A stretch of DNA of 64,000 nucleotides. Origin: Chara braunii (taxonomy: Eukaryota; Plantae; Charophyceae). A program made the translations under genes and the position numbers. The stretch lies in assembly GCA_003427395.1 (NCBI GenBank), contig BFEA01000020.1, positions 4,919,224-4,983,223 on the forward strand, written 5' to 3'. This document shows, piece after piece, positions 1 to 11,902 of this stretch. The notes under the pieces were generated by a model, which saw nothing but the letters and a program-made list of their open reading frames with translations, did not search any database and was not told the DNA's origin. Position 1 is the first letter of the stretch; each line of letters starts with the position of its first letter.

Positions 1-49
<49 letters not shown>

Positions 50-51
<2 letters not shown>

Positions 52-340
52 TGAATGGCAAAATTGAAATATGGGTCAAATTGCGGTCGTGATCTATTTC
101 ACAGTTGGAATGATTTTTTTAATAATTTATTGAGCATTTTTCCTGAAAAAATGATAACAAAATCTACGAGTACTCTAATTTTTACTTTTTTTCACACATT
201 CTTCTGAGTGTGAAAACTCACTGAAAACTCACTGAATTTGGAGTAGGTTTTCAGTTGGCCGACACGTGGGTGAGTGGCAAAAATGGAAAATGTGTTGAAC
301 CGGTGCGATGATTATTTCGTGGTCTAAATGATTTTTTGAA
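50..340. repeat. Dispersed repeat homologous to 32975-33400 (empty-site version)
   Basis: GGCAAAATTG(A/G)AATATG...ACAAAATCTA(C/T)GAGTACTC...TTCAGTTGGCC...GATTATTTCGTGGTC is shared with 32975-33400. The latter copy carries an extra 152-bp insertion. Confidence 0.85.
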
Positions 341-387
341 AATGTTATACCCTGGGCTTAAAAAATAATAATAAAAAAAAAGTTGGC

Positions 388-2598
388 TTAGGCTTACCGT
401 CTTCCCCCGAACACAATGCACCCTCATCTTGGCTGTATCTGGACGGAAATATAGCTTGTATACATTCATTTTCAAGATGCGTTATGTTCGGGGGAAGGTC
501 GTTGTTGATCCCCAGCGAAAAAGCATAGCTATGCTGGTACGCTGATCATTCGACCAATTAACACTAAGGAAGAAACCCGCTGGATTTCATTAGCGGAACG
601 TATCTTGGTTGCCCAATGGAAACTTTGCAGGCCGTCTAATAACTGGACCTTGTAATAAAATTATATTATTTGAATTCTGGAAGAGGATTCTTTTTGTCTG
701 GAAAAAAATGCAACTTAATGCCTGGCTTCAGTCCTTCTCTAAAATGGAAGATCTCATGCAAGCACTGTTTGAGAACCCCCATATCCGAAGCAAGAACGAT
801 AACTGGTTTGCGGCAGATTCCTCTCGTTAAAGTTTTGGAAAATGTTGGATAGAGAGGAGAGTCTTGCGAGTAACCGATCTTTGGAACGAACTGGAGAATC
901 AATGACTATCCCCATCCACCCTCATAGATATGCTAGGGCCGGTTCGGTACATCGAGGAGAGACTAGGGGAACACGTTAATGTTGTACATGAACAACAGAA
1001 ATCCATCATTAGCTCTGAGGGTGTTGACCCTCGGGTACATGGTACATTGGTAAAACTATTGATGCCCCTCCGCTGTATTAGAAACTGGTGGAGATTGACC
1101 CTGCGGGTAGAAGAGTGTTTCAGTGTTGGGAGGAAGTAAGCTTGAGTGGCCCAAGCCTTTTGGTCCATCAAGATGATCTATCTCACCCCCCGTTAGCCGC
1201 GAATTGTCACAGGCTAGAGTTTGGGAAACATGAGACAAGGAGGGTAAATGGACGTGCAGGGTCTTTGCCCAGGGCACGACGATCTTGGAGTTGACGCTGG
1301 ACCCCAAGATGTGGGGATGGAAAGAAGAAGGTACGGGTGACAAAGATTTACCGATATCCTTCTATACAATCGATCAAGGTTATTTGGCCCAGACCCCCCC
1401 TCGAACACCACTAGTAGTGGCCACGTCCAGATGGAAACATGTGCTAACATGTGATCCCAGTAAAATAGAAAAAAAATTAACTCGGTGATGGAAACAACTG
1501 AAATTAGCCCCGCCTCATAGATTGGCAGTGGACCTTTGGTTGTGGTCACTAATGGCAACCCCATCACCGGTTAACCTAACACAACGAGGATTGAAGGTGG
1601 AGTTAACATGTAAACGTTGTAGTTGGGCCTTTGAGTTGACCACTCATTTGTGGCACGTCTGCCCATTATCTAAAAGAATATGGGATTGGTGACCAGCTTA
1701 CTGAGATCTGATTTCAGGAAACAGCCTTGACTTGTCTCAGGAACGGGTCCTGCTGGGCGGTATTCCTGACAACTTGGAGTTGAACAAGGTTGGGGCTATA
1801 TTGCTCACTCAGCCCGGACGGTGGGTTGTAAAGTCATCTCGAAAGAAAAAAAACGCGGATATTTAAAAACAGGGAAATGACAAACAAAGAACTCGCAGTT
1901 ATGTTCATATCTTCTTTGAGAAGAATCATTCAGGCAGATTGGAGACAGAAGTGTCAGGGAAGGCCCAACCGTTGGTTCGGCAAAACATGGGGATTAGGTA
2001 GTAATCAGACAAAGTTGGAGAAAGACGAGTTGTTATGGATAGTTGGTTCAGGGCTAATTAGGCTTTCTAGAGGAACCTGGGTGCTTGGTTCTTATTTTCG
2101 TAGAAGGAAGGCAAACGAGATAGTTCGCGAAGGGAGTGCTACCCATTGTTGTCGGTCCTTTGATGAGGTTCGCTCTACGCTGTTTTAGGCGGTTAGTTAG
2201 TGTCTTTTAGTGGTTTGATATGATTAGAAGTTTGTGGTTAGATTAGCCCATTGACGAGAAAATAGGTGGAATGTGGAGTCTTGGCTTGTTGGTGGCTGCT
2301 GGAGTGTTTTTTTCAAGTAGCAAGGGGGCATTTTGTGTGTTTTTTTTTTTTTGTGGCTTTGTTGGCCTTGTTTTCTTTATTTTTCTTGGGAGCAAGATTT
2401 CAGGATCGCGGGTCGGTTCTATCCAATTTCGTTCCTAGATATTTCTTGCTCTCCTTTTTGGGTTTGAAAAGTACATCGCCTAAAAGCTAAACTGGTTGAT
2501 GCTACCAAGATAACTCCGGGTTGAATTATAAGGTCCCTGGCCTCAATTTGACTTGTTGTAATAGATATTTGCTTTTGAAAAAAAAAAAAAAAAAAAAA
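388..2598 (+). mobile_element. 5'-truncated, decayed L1-like LINE (ORF2 C-terminus, 3'UTR, poly(A))
   Basis: Broken frames resemble the ORF2 C-terminus of the second LINE (VVDPQRKS, FWKRILFVWKKM, LFENP, CKRC..H...C zf-RVT near 1610-1665). Poly(A) at 2578-2598. (A)nGTTGGC on both sides (382-387, 2600-2605) is a likely TSD. Confidence 0.8.
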
Positions 2599-3812
2599 GG
2601 TTGGCAGATGATTTTTCGATCGCCAATTTCGTGGATGGTCTGGATGGGTACTTTTCCGAAATATACTATCGAGTCCAGTCATGGAAACCAGGCCCTGGCC
2701 CATGGACACCCGTGTGTGTCACCCACTAGGGCCCCATTTCGAAATTGGATGTGGGTGGCCGCTCCCCTGTGTGCAGGCTCCTAGGGCAGTCAGTTATCTT
2801 GTGGAGCTGCCCCAAAGGGCAGCTATGCCCCATAGTCTGCATGCAGGTTATAGCTTGCATATTTACCCAGTGTTGACATGCCTAGTTCGTAGGAAAGAGA
2901 GTCGTCCACCTCATGTTGCTGCCATGTTTGCATGTGGCCTTTGGGGTCGCAGTCGTGTTGTGGGTGCATGTGTCCTGATGTGGAGGTTGAGGACACATGT
3001 CCCCATCGCTCATGTAGGGAGGGTGAGAAGGCTGAAGTCCACTACATATCCTGCGTGTCAGCCATCCCCACTCTGCATGGTGCAACCGCATATAGTTACC
3101 AAGTTGCACGGGGCTGTTGAAGATGGCCAACGCATGGGGACTGAGCTTCTATGCTATTTTGTGGTCATTGGGCGTGCATTCTCCACCTCTATAAGTAGAC
3201 CGTGAGCGGTGTTCTCCTCCTCAACCCGCCTTCCCCGCAATGGTTTGTCATGCTAGTCAGCCGGAGGGGGAGGGCGGCGTACCAGGTCGGCCGTTGTCAT
3301 CAAATGGCGACGATGTTGTGATTTCATTCGAGAACATATAAAAAACGATGACCCTGCTGTTGTGTAAATAAAACCGATATGCACGGTGCTCTCTCTCTCT
3401 CACACACACTCATTCATTCTCTCTCTCTCTCTCTCCACATCAATTTCTTAATCTATCTAGCTATTTCTCTATAACAACCATCTATCACTAGCGGTTATCG
3501 GGTATTTAAAACTTCATAAATGAAAATTGCAAAGTAACGAAAATTCAGTTGTTTTGTTTATCTTAAAAATAATCTTTGGATTATGAATTCCGGAGGAGAC
3601 CATGACATCCTTCACCTTTTTGGGAAGACCTTCGTGTCAGGGCCAATTAGTCGGAGTCCTCAAATGTCGAAGATCCCCCCTACGTGAGGGAGAGGTTCGG
3701 TGAGTTTCACACACTTAAAGAAGGCGAACCTGATCTTCTCGCAGGTGGTCATCCGCAACCTAACACGTCTTTTGCCAATATGTTTCAATTTACGGCGGGA
3801 TGTACGACAAGT

Positions 3813-3918
3813 GTAGAAATGTTTCTAGTCGGATGAATTTGGTCGCTCCTGTAGTAGCCTGTAAGTTTCCTAAAATTATGGCGCGTTAACGGACACGGCT
3901 ATAAGAAGTATCGGTGGT
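3813..3918 (-). mobile_element. Terminal segment of TTAA-ACCACC family element
   Basis: Reverse-complement homolog of 33044-33150. Ends AAGTATCGGTGGT|TTAA (TTAA 3919-3922). Confidence 0.75.
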
Positions 3919-4030
3919 TTAACGACCGTGTCAAAAATTTGTAGTTGGGCGAGGTACTAGTGGTTCCCACACGACATACATTTTTTTTAGGGGGGGAAAC
4001 AACATACAATAAAGAGAGCCAAGCAATGAA

Positions 4031-4104
4031 GACACCCAGTACTTAGTTGGTAAGGCACTCAAGTGGCATTCAGGAGGTCTTGGGTTCGAACCCCATTGGC
4101 CTCA
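4031..4104 (+). mobile_element. tRNA-derived sequence (SINE head or tRNA pseudogene)
   Basis: D-arm/A-box CTTAGTTGGTAAG and T-arm/B-box TGGG-TTCGAAC-CCCA. Acceptor and anticodon stems are degenerate. Confidence 0.6.
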
Positions 4105-5670
4105 TGTACTTTCAGAGGCAAACTTGGCAGCCCCCACCTAGAGATAGGCCATTGGTCCCCCCAAGTGGCATTGAGTAGAGTCTGCTAATGTTCATAGAGG
4201 GATTGGACTGGAGGGGGGCCACACGGACTAACCCATCGAAGAAGCTTTGTCCTGTTGCTACCGGTTGACCCCTGACCAGTATCACCCACCTGCTTTAGCA
4301 AGTACCACACCTGTTGGTGGGTGCAGCTTCTACATGTTCCATTGTTGGAGGCTTCAGCACAAATGTGGTTGCTTCGGGGTTCCCCGTAATACTATAATGA
4401 CAATAAAAAGGCCTGAAAGGCCGTCCTGTCCAAATTCGACAGGTAATTGAATTGGTTGGCCTTTATAGAACAAACAACTAACCAACAAACAAAACGAGAG
4501 AAAACAACACAAATAAAAAACCAAACTTGTAACGCACCTTCTGACACTGTGATTGATGACACAAAATGAATTGAGATTTCACCTCGCTTATTGATGAGGT
4601 AGTGAAAACTGAACCACAGATTCCATGATTCATCAAAATTAGACAAATTATGGGGGCGAGGTGCGTCGGTAGCGGGCGGGTAGTGTAGCGCTCTGTTATC
4701 GACGTCACTCCGCGATTTTCGTGACCACTGTTCACCCGCCAACCCCACCGTCATGACAGGGAGTGGGAAATGAGACACGCGTGCTTCACTTTACAACCGT
4801 GAGGCTTCGGTCTTGCAGTGTTACCTCCCTGAGCAGTCCTACCACCTTTGTAAGGTAGGATATGACCACGTTGTTGTTGTGATCTGCATAGTTGAAGGCT
4901 CAAGCTGTCGTACATTAACTGAAGATTCAATTATCACGGTAGAAAGCATGATCGAGTGGTGTCTTGGTTAACTCAATCAATGGTATGGAAGAGCACAAAG
5001 TGATTCACAAGTCGATGCTTCAAGGTGTTCTTCTTCCATTCGGCCAGAACATTGCAAGGAATAAGGCACGCATTGTTTCTGAATGCGATGTACACGAAGC
5101 TCCTTTGACCTGTATAAATTACATTCGGCATACTTCACCGTAGTAAAAAACTGAATCACGAAGCGTTTACTCCTCGCTGGTTGGACCCAACCTCATACCA
5201 TAGTGTTGAAGGCAGTGAAGAGAACCACCACTATAGAAAGCACCACTATTCAGAACTGTTGATTAGCGAGTCGGGTCGAGTGAGGTAAATACCAATATGT
5301 ACTGAGGCTCGCCCCAGTAAAGTCTTTAGATTTCCATGGGAAAGAAGAAAAGCATTGACTACCATTCACAGTTGTTGGTTACATGTACTGGGGCTTGCCC
5401 CAGAAAAGTCTTTAGATTTCCACGAGAAAGAAGAGAGGCATTGTGTATTATTCACAGTTGTTGGTTATTGATCACTACCCAGTTAAGCAAGTAGGGGGAG
5501 AATCACGGGTATCAATGTTTCTGTGAATTAGGTCGTGGTGAATTCCCCGATCTAATACGACAAGGGAGTGAAGGGACATTTGAAACACAGTAAGCCTTAA
5601 TGGCATCACAGTCAAGGGGAGATGCCACCGCACAAATCAAAGACCGACACTGCAAGGAGATTTAACAAGG

Positions 5671-6605
5671 GTGAGAGAATCAGTGAGTAAATGCTATGAT
5701 GAAGGGGTGTGTCCACAAGATATCCAATTAGGAGAGGTAGTAGAGGATGAGGAAGACAAAAGATTTGTAGTAAATGAAGCGGTGGAAGAAGTGGAGGAGC
5801 AGTGGTTGAAAGAAAGGTCACTAGTTGTAGTTTTTCAAAGGGAAGCTCGTTCGTTTGCACGATCTGTCAAGGAAGACCTGATTCGTGCCTATGAAGGTGG
5901 TTGGACGACGAAGAGACTATTTCATCCCGAAGCAAGGCGAGTTAGAGTTGAATTCGAGGTCCCAAATGTGGTTTCGTACGTGGCAAAAACCAAGGACATT
6001 ACATAGTGGCTGCTGCAGCAGAAGGAAATGTTGATCAGACTGAAGGAGGGTAAAAAATACACGGTTTACTTCAGACCACGGTTTTCAAAACAGGAGCTTC
6101 ATGAAGTCATAATCCATGAAGTTGAGTCCGAATTCTAGATCATGGCTTTGAGCCTTTGAGGGTCCTTCTAGAAGCCCACTATTACTGAGGTGGTGTTGTG
6201 AAAGGCATCTTCAAAGGGTACACTTCGATGCACTCACCTGAATATGACAGCGATAGGCCAAAATTTATGAATGTTAAGTTTGATATGCCATCCAAATCGT
6301 GGGTCGGGATATATGATGACCTGGTTATTCAATCGCCAAAGGGGGAACGTTGGAAAGTAGAGATAGTAACACCGTATACCGATTGGTGTCGTAAATGTAG
6401 GTGGTACTTTCATACTGAAGACAATTGTCCAAGATTCAGAATGAAGGAAGATAGACGCAAGGGGAATGGGAAAAGACCACGAAGACACAAATTCAGAATC
6501 GGACAAGCACTTGCAAGAACAAGAATAGACGACACAAGAGCGCGTCGAAGATCTCACATAACCAGGAGGGACCCGTGCCAACAACACCTCAACGGACTAT
6601 TCTAG
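5671..6605 (+). pseudogene. LINE ORF1 (gag-like, zinc knuckle), disrupted
   Basis: ORFs 5671-6006 and 6198-6605; CX2CX4HX4C knuckle; lies upstream of the EN-RT frame. Confidence 0.75.
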
Positions 6606-6635
6606 AGACCACGTCCTACAGGTCCTCAGCCAACT

Positions 6636-8366
6636 GGCCAACTCTTGCAGAACGATTTTGGAGCGGCCTTCAAGAATTGGGTCCAACAACCCCTGCCAAA
6701 CGATACAAGTGGAGATCCAGGCGCAGATGGTCATCTAGTCGGAGTGTCAGGGAGACCACAGACGGGGACACAAGGTACGGGCCAGAATGCCACTCGCTGG
6801 CGAGGTGGGGATCATCAAAGAAGTGCTCAAGGCTAGGGCGAGGAAGAAGCGATCGACATGAGACTGCCACTGATGCCTCCCTAGGCTCCAAGGAGGGATT
6901 GGCCAGGTAGTCAGGTAGAGCGGAGCCTCCACGTTAGTAATCAGATGGACAAAATGGTGTTAGGCACCCCAACACACACGACATGGCAGTAACAACCAGT
7001 GAGGTTAAAAAGTATGCAATATCTGCACCAATTCAGAGAACAGTCACAGCCACACCAAAGCTTCCACATCGACCACCCCCAACCTCGTTACCCAACAAAT
7101 AACTATGACTGGAGTAACCTTGTGAACATGACTGTCGGAGAAGGCACAACTTCATTAGATTTTTTCAGGTGGGACGTGAGGAGTGGAGGGCATAGGCACA
7201 TACGGAGGGCGAACAACAGGAGGTGGGAGGCCTGGAAAGAGGGCTTCAGGCGAAGCCGAGGATACCTGACTAAGACATGGAGACATAATCAGGTCTCGGA
7301 GTCAAAAGGAGAGGAGGGAGGCTCTCGTCGTAGGACACAGGCTCCCGTTTCATGGTCTTCCCAACAATTGACGAAGAACTATTAAAAACATCGGTCTCCT
7401 CCAAATCTAAAGTTAGGTGGGGAAGCGAATGTTGAACAATGGCCAACTCTCGCAAAACGATTTTGGAGCGGCCTTCTAGAATCGGGTTCAGCAACCCCTT
7501 CCAAGCGATACAAGTCAAGATCCAGGCGCAGATGGTCATCTTGTCGGAGTGTTGGGGAGACAATGGACAGGGACACAAGGTACCGGCCAAAATGCCATTC
7601 GCTGGCAAGGTGGGGATCATCAAAGAAGTGCTCGAGGTTGGGGGGATGAATAAGCGATCGACATGGGACTATCACTGATGCCTCCCTGGGCTCCAAGCAG
7701 AGATCGGTCAAACAACCAGGCGGATCGGAGCCTCCACGTGAGTAATCAGGTGGACAAAATGGTGTTAGGCGCCCCAACGCACATGACATGACAGGAACAA
7801 CCAGTGGGGTTGAAAATTATGGAATACCTGCACTAATTCAGAGAACAGTCACAACCACTTCAGAGCTTCCACATCAACCACCCCCAACCTCGTTACCCAA
7901 AAGATAACTATGACTGGAGGAACCTTGTGATCCAGACCGCCGGAAGAGGCACAACTTCACTAGATTTTTCCAGGTGGGACACAACCACACCAGAGCTTCC
8001 ACATCGACCACCCCCAACCGCGTTACCCAAAAGATAACTATGACTGGAGGAACCTTGTGAAATAAACTGCTGGAAGAGGCACAACTTCATTAGATTTTTC
8101 CAGGTGCGACGAGAGGAGTGGAGGGCATAGGCGCACACAGAGGGTGAACACTAAGAGGTCGGAGGCCTTAAAAGAGGGCTCTGGGCGAAGCCGAGGAGAC
8201 ATGACTCATACTTGGAGACAGAACCAGGCCTCATAGTCAAAAGGAGAAGAGAGAGGTTCTATGGGACATAGGCTCCCGTTTAGTGGTCTTTCCAGCAATC
8301 GAGGAAGAACTATAAAAAACATCGGCGTCGTCCAAATCTAAAGTAAGGTGGGGAAGTGAATGTTGC
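6636..8366 (+). repeat. ~805-bp tandem duplication inside the LINE, with nested 130-bp duplication
   Basis: GGCCAACTCT..CGATTTTGGAGCGGCC starts at 6636 and 7441. CAGAGCTTCCACATC starts at 7861 and 7991. Confidence 0.9.
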
Positions 8367-11353
8367 GAGGACGACTACGGAGCTCCATAAGTTTGAGTCC
8401 TCTTCATCATTACAGAGTTCGACGCAGTTAAGCGTCATGAAGAATGCCGAGCAAAAAACAATACAAGAGAGAAACATCTACAAGAGCAGAAGACAAGTGA
8501 CGCTGGAAAGGAACCGGATGGAGGCCATACAAAGATGCTTGGTACCTCTTCTTTATACCAGGGCGAACGATTGGGTGTTCTTTCTAGTGTTAACTCACGA
8601 TGACGACATCTTAAGAATTCCTTCTAAGGTGATGGATTGCTCGCCCTCACCTGCATTGATAATGGAAACCGAAAACTCTGTATGGGGAACATGTGTCAGT
8701 CCGACTGATCCCACAGTCAACAATGGTACTTGTAATATGCGAGACGGACCAAGGCTACACCAAGATGTATTTTCCCATCCTGGATGCTCGTATTCCACCA
8801 GAGACAACTAATCTCCTAGCTCAATCAGGAGTCAGGTGGATTCACATGGATCTGGTGCGTGAACGTAATATACAGGAGCTCGATGTCGTTAAGGTCCTTT
8901 CGGGCATCTAGGCTCTGATCCTACTAAATGTGAACGAGAAACTCCTACTAGAAGAGAACTCACACTCAAATTCCTTGTGAGAAGCCTGACAGAAGAATGA
9001 AAGACTCTCTCAAGAGCAAACTCCTCTAGAGGCAGTTCCCGTCATCTCTCAAAGGACCACTCGAAGACAAGCAACAAAATCACCACAGCGGATCAACAAC
9101 ATTTGACATCACAACGATAAACTTCCCACATCCAATCAAAGGCGAACGCATCTTATGTTGATGGACAAGCTTAGGGCAACGCATGGAATGTGCGGGGATT
9201 AGGCGACTCAAATGGCAGGATGAAACAGCGAAGATTGAGGTCGTGGCTACACGAGCGGGAAATCAACTGTGTGATGCTGCAGGAATCCAAGCTCAACGAA
9301 GATAAGCTGAGGGAATTTGTGGGGTGGTGGTACAACCGTGACCCTCAAATCTGCTCCCCTGCTCAACGGACCAGAGGAGGAGTGGGTATCCTCATCCACA
9401 GGGATCTCAAAACACAAGTTTTGACTTAGAGGCAGACTTGTGGGGCAGGTGGGCGTGGATGAAAGTGGAAATAGGAGGCGAGGACTGCATACTCATGACC
9501 ATTTATGCACCAACAGAGTGGAGGGAAAGGACCAGGTTCTTCTCCAGACTTATGACGACCGTCTCGAAGACCGATAGACTACTATTGGTCGGGGGGATGA
9601 AACATGTCTCTCGACGAAGCACTCTGACCGGGAGCAGCGCATGCAGACAGAGAAAACGTGTGTTGCCTGCTGGACTTCAGTGCAGAAATGCCCCTTACGG
9701 ATCCGTTCCCATTTACAAATCCGAATGACCCAGGATATATCTGGTTATTGTATCTGTATAAAGACAAACATACCATCACCACGAGGCGACTATTTCTGTC
9801 AAGCGGACAGGTAATGGAAAAGATTACACCGGTCCGCCAGATCTGTCACCCCCTGCCAGACCACAAACCAGTTGATGTTGATGTCCGTTTGTCCTCAGGA
9901 GCTGAGCGGGGAAAAGGCTTCTTCCGCCTCAACAATTAAATCTTTGAAGTGCAAGGAATTGGGGAATGGGTCTCGGACCATATGTCTAGGTGGGAGGAGG
10001 CTATACCCCACTTCGGTTCAGCGTCGGAATGGCTAGATGGAGGCATTGCCATCACCTCCGATGTACTTTATGTGTGTTCCAAAATCCTGGTCACGGCAAG
10101 GAATAAAAGGGAAGTAGACTACAAGAGGAGAATAGAGGAAGCAACGAACCGAATGGATGGGCATCCCATTTCGGTCATCACAGTGTGGGCAGCCGAAAGA
10201 GAGAGGAGATTGACGGATTGAAACAAAATGCAATAGGACAAGGAGAAAAAATGGGTGAAGATCTTGAAGGTGAAAGGAGTGGAAACTATCGATAAAAATG
10301 ACGAAGGAGACATTTCACAGCCTCGGAGGACACAACAATAAATGGTTGAACTTCGACATCCCTTCAACTCCTCAACTCCCTCAACGTGCTCATCAACCGG
10401 CATGCTTCAGTATGCAAAGTTGTACTACTCGGATATACTGACCTCGAGACAACCCCAAGACAACGTGGACACGGACCTCTCATGAGAATATGATATGTGG
10501 AAAGACAACAATTAAACTGCATGTGAGAGCCAAACTGGACCTCGACCGACCGTTCACCCTGGAACAGATCACTCAAAATTATCCAGTCTATGGCGAAGGG
10601 TACATCCCCAGGGGTGGATGGGCTCACTGTAAAATTCTAAACTGCAAATTGGACAGTGTTCGATCCATTGCTTGTTGAGTTTTACAATGAAATCCTGGTA
10701 GGAGGTAAATTGGGGAGGGGTATGACACATGGTGTTATTGCTATTCTGTTCAAGAAGGGCGATAAGGCCGAAGTGAGGAATTGCAGACCAATTTCTCCGC
10801 TAAATGTGTCATACAAAATCCTAGCTAAATCTTTAGCCAGGAGACTGTTAAGATATCTGTTGAAGTTGGTGGCAAAAGATCAATGCGCATTTGTGCAGGG
10901 ACGCTCTACCTTCAACAACATAGCAACGGTGGTTGAAGCGCTCAAGGTGGTGCAGAGGGAAAACATGGACTACGCCGTTCTCTTACTTGACTTGGAGAAG
11001 GCGTACGACAAGGTGAGGTGGACGTTTGTTCTTACTACACTGAGGAGACTGGGATTCGGGGCGGGCTTCTGTTCGTGGGTCATAGTGATGTCCGCGCTCA
11101 CCTCATCCTCGGTCATGATCAATGGATACATGTCCTAGCCCTTTCGATTCACGAGGTCTCTTAGAGAAGGTTGCCCACTGGCCCCACTCATCTTTGTGCT
11201 CTAGCTTGAAGTGCTGCTGAACAAGATACGCTCCCATCGTGATATCCACAGCCTGAAGTTTCACACAAACAATGAATGACCAATGATTTGTTTACAATCT
11301 GTGAAAATTACAAGCTGGCCCTATCGGCAATGAAGAATGTAATATGCGAGTAC

Positions 11354-11394
11354 CTAGGCTACCAGAGTGGCCCGAGGTCACTTGCCCAACCGGG

Positions 11395-11435
<41 letters not shown>

Positions 11436-11902
11436 TCACAAACAGAACTGCCCGGTAAACCGTAGGCAGAGAGAGAGAAGAGGACAACAAACGAGGGGCT
11501 GTGACAAACTGTTTCGTCGGAGTTTCACCGACTCATCAAGAGGCTGAACCCTCAACAGTCTGCAGAATCCCCTCACCGATTACACTGTAAATGATAATCT
11601 ACCTTAACCAAAGTCAAAGTAGACTATCACTCACCCACACCAGATGGAAAACTCTACGGAATATATATATATATATCGTCAAATATAACTGCCCGGTATT
11701 ATATATATATATATATATATAGGTGAAGAAATTCGATGTGACCCTGAGGCAAAAAAATTCAATTTATTTTTCTACATAACATAGTTTTTTTGGATTTTTT
11801 AGATTTATTTTTTAATGTTTTTATTACTTTTTTGTTGGGACCTTCCCTGGTCCTTGCACAGGCTCGCCACCCGGGCCCCGGGCGGCCTGGCTGGTAGCCT
11901 AG
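11354..11902. mobile_element. hAT-like MITE with CTAGGCTACCAG TIRs and 8-bp TSD
   Basis: Perfect 12-bp TIR. Flanks GCGAGTAC (11346-11353) / GTGAGTAC (11903-11910). Removing it restores LINE frame NVICEY|STLSEATVN. Confidence 0.85.
11434..11698 (+). mobile_element. (TA)n-embedded element (CGTCACAAACAGAACTGCCCGG family)
   Basis: Flanked by (TA)n. First ~110 bp are near-identical to 36701-36806 and to the reverse complement of 36958-37070. Confidence 0.75.

Noticed and set aside
4031-4104. Functional tRNA gene (also 60091-60172)
   Set aside because: Acceptor and anticodon stems do not pair; treated as tRNA-derived.
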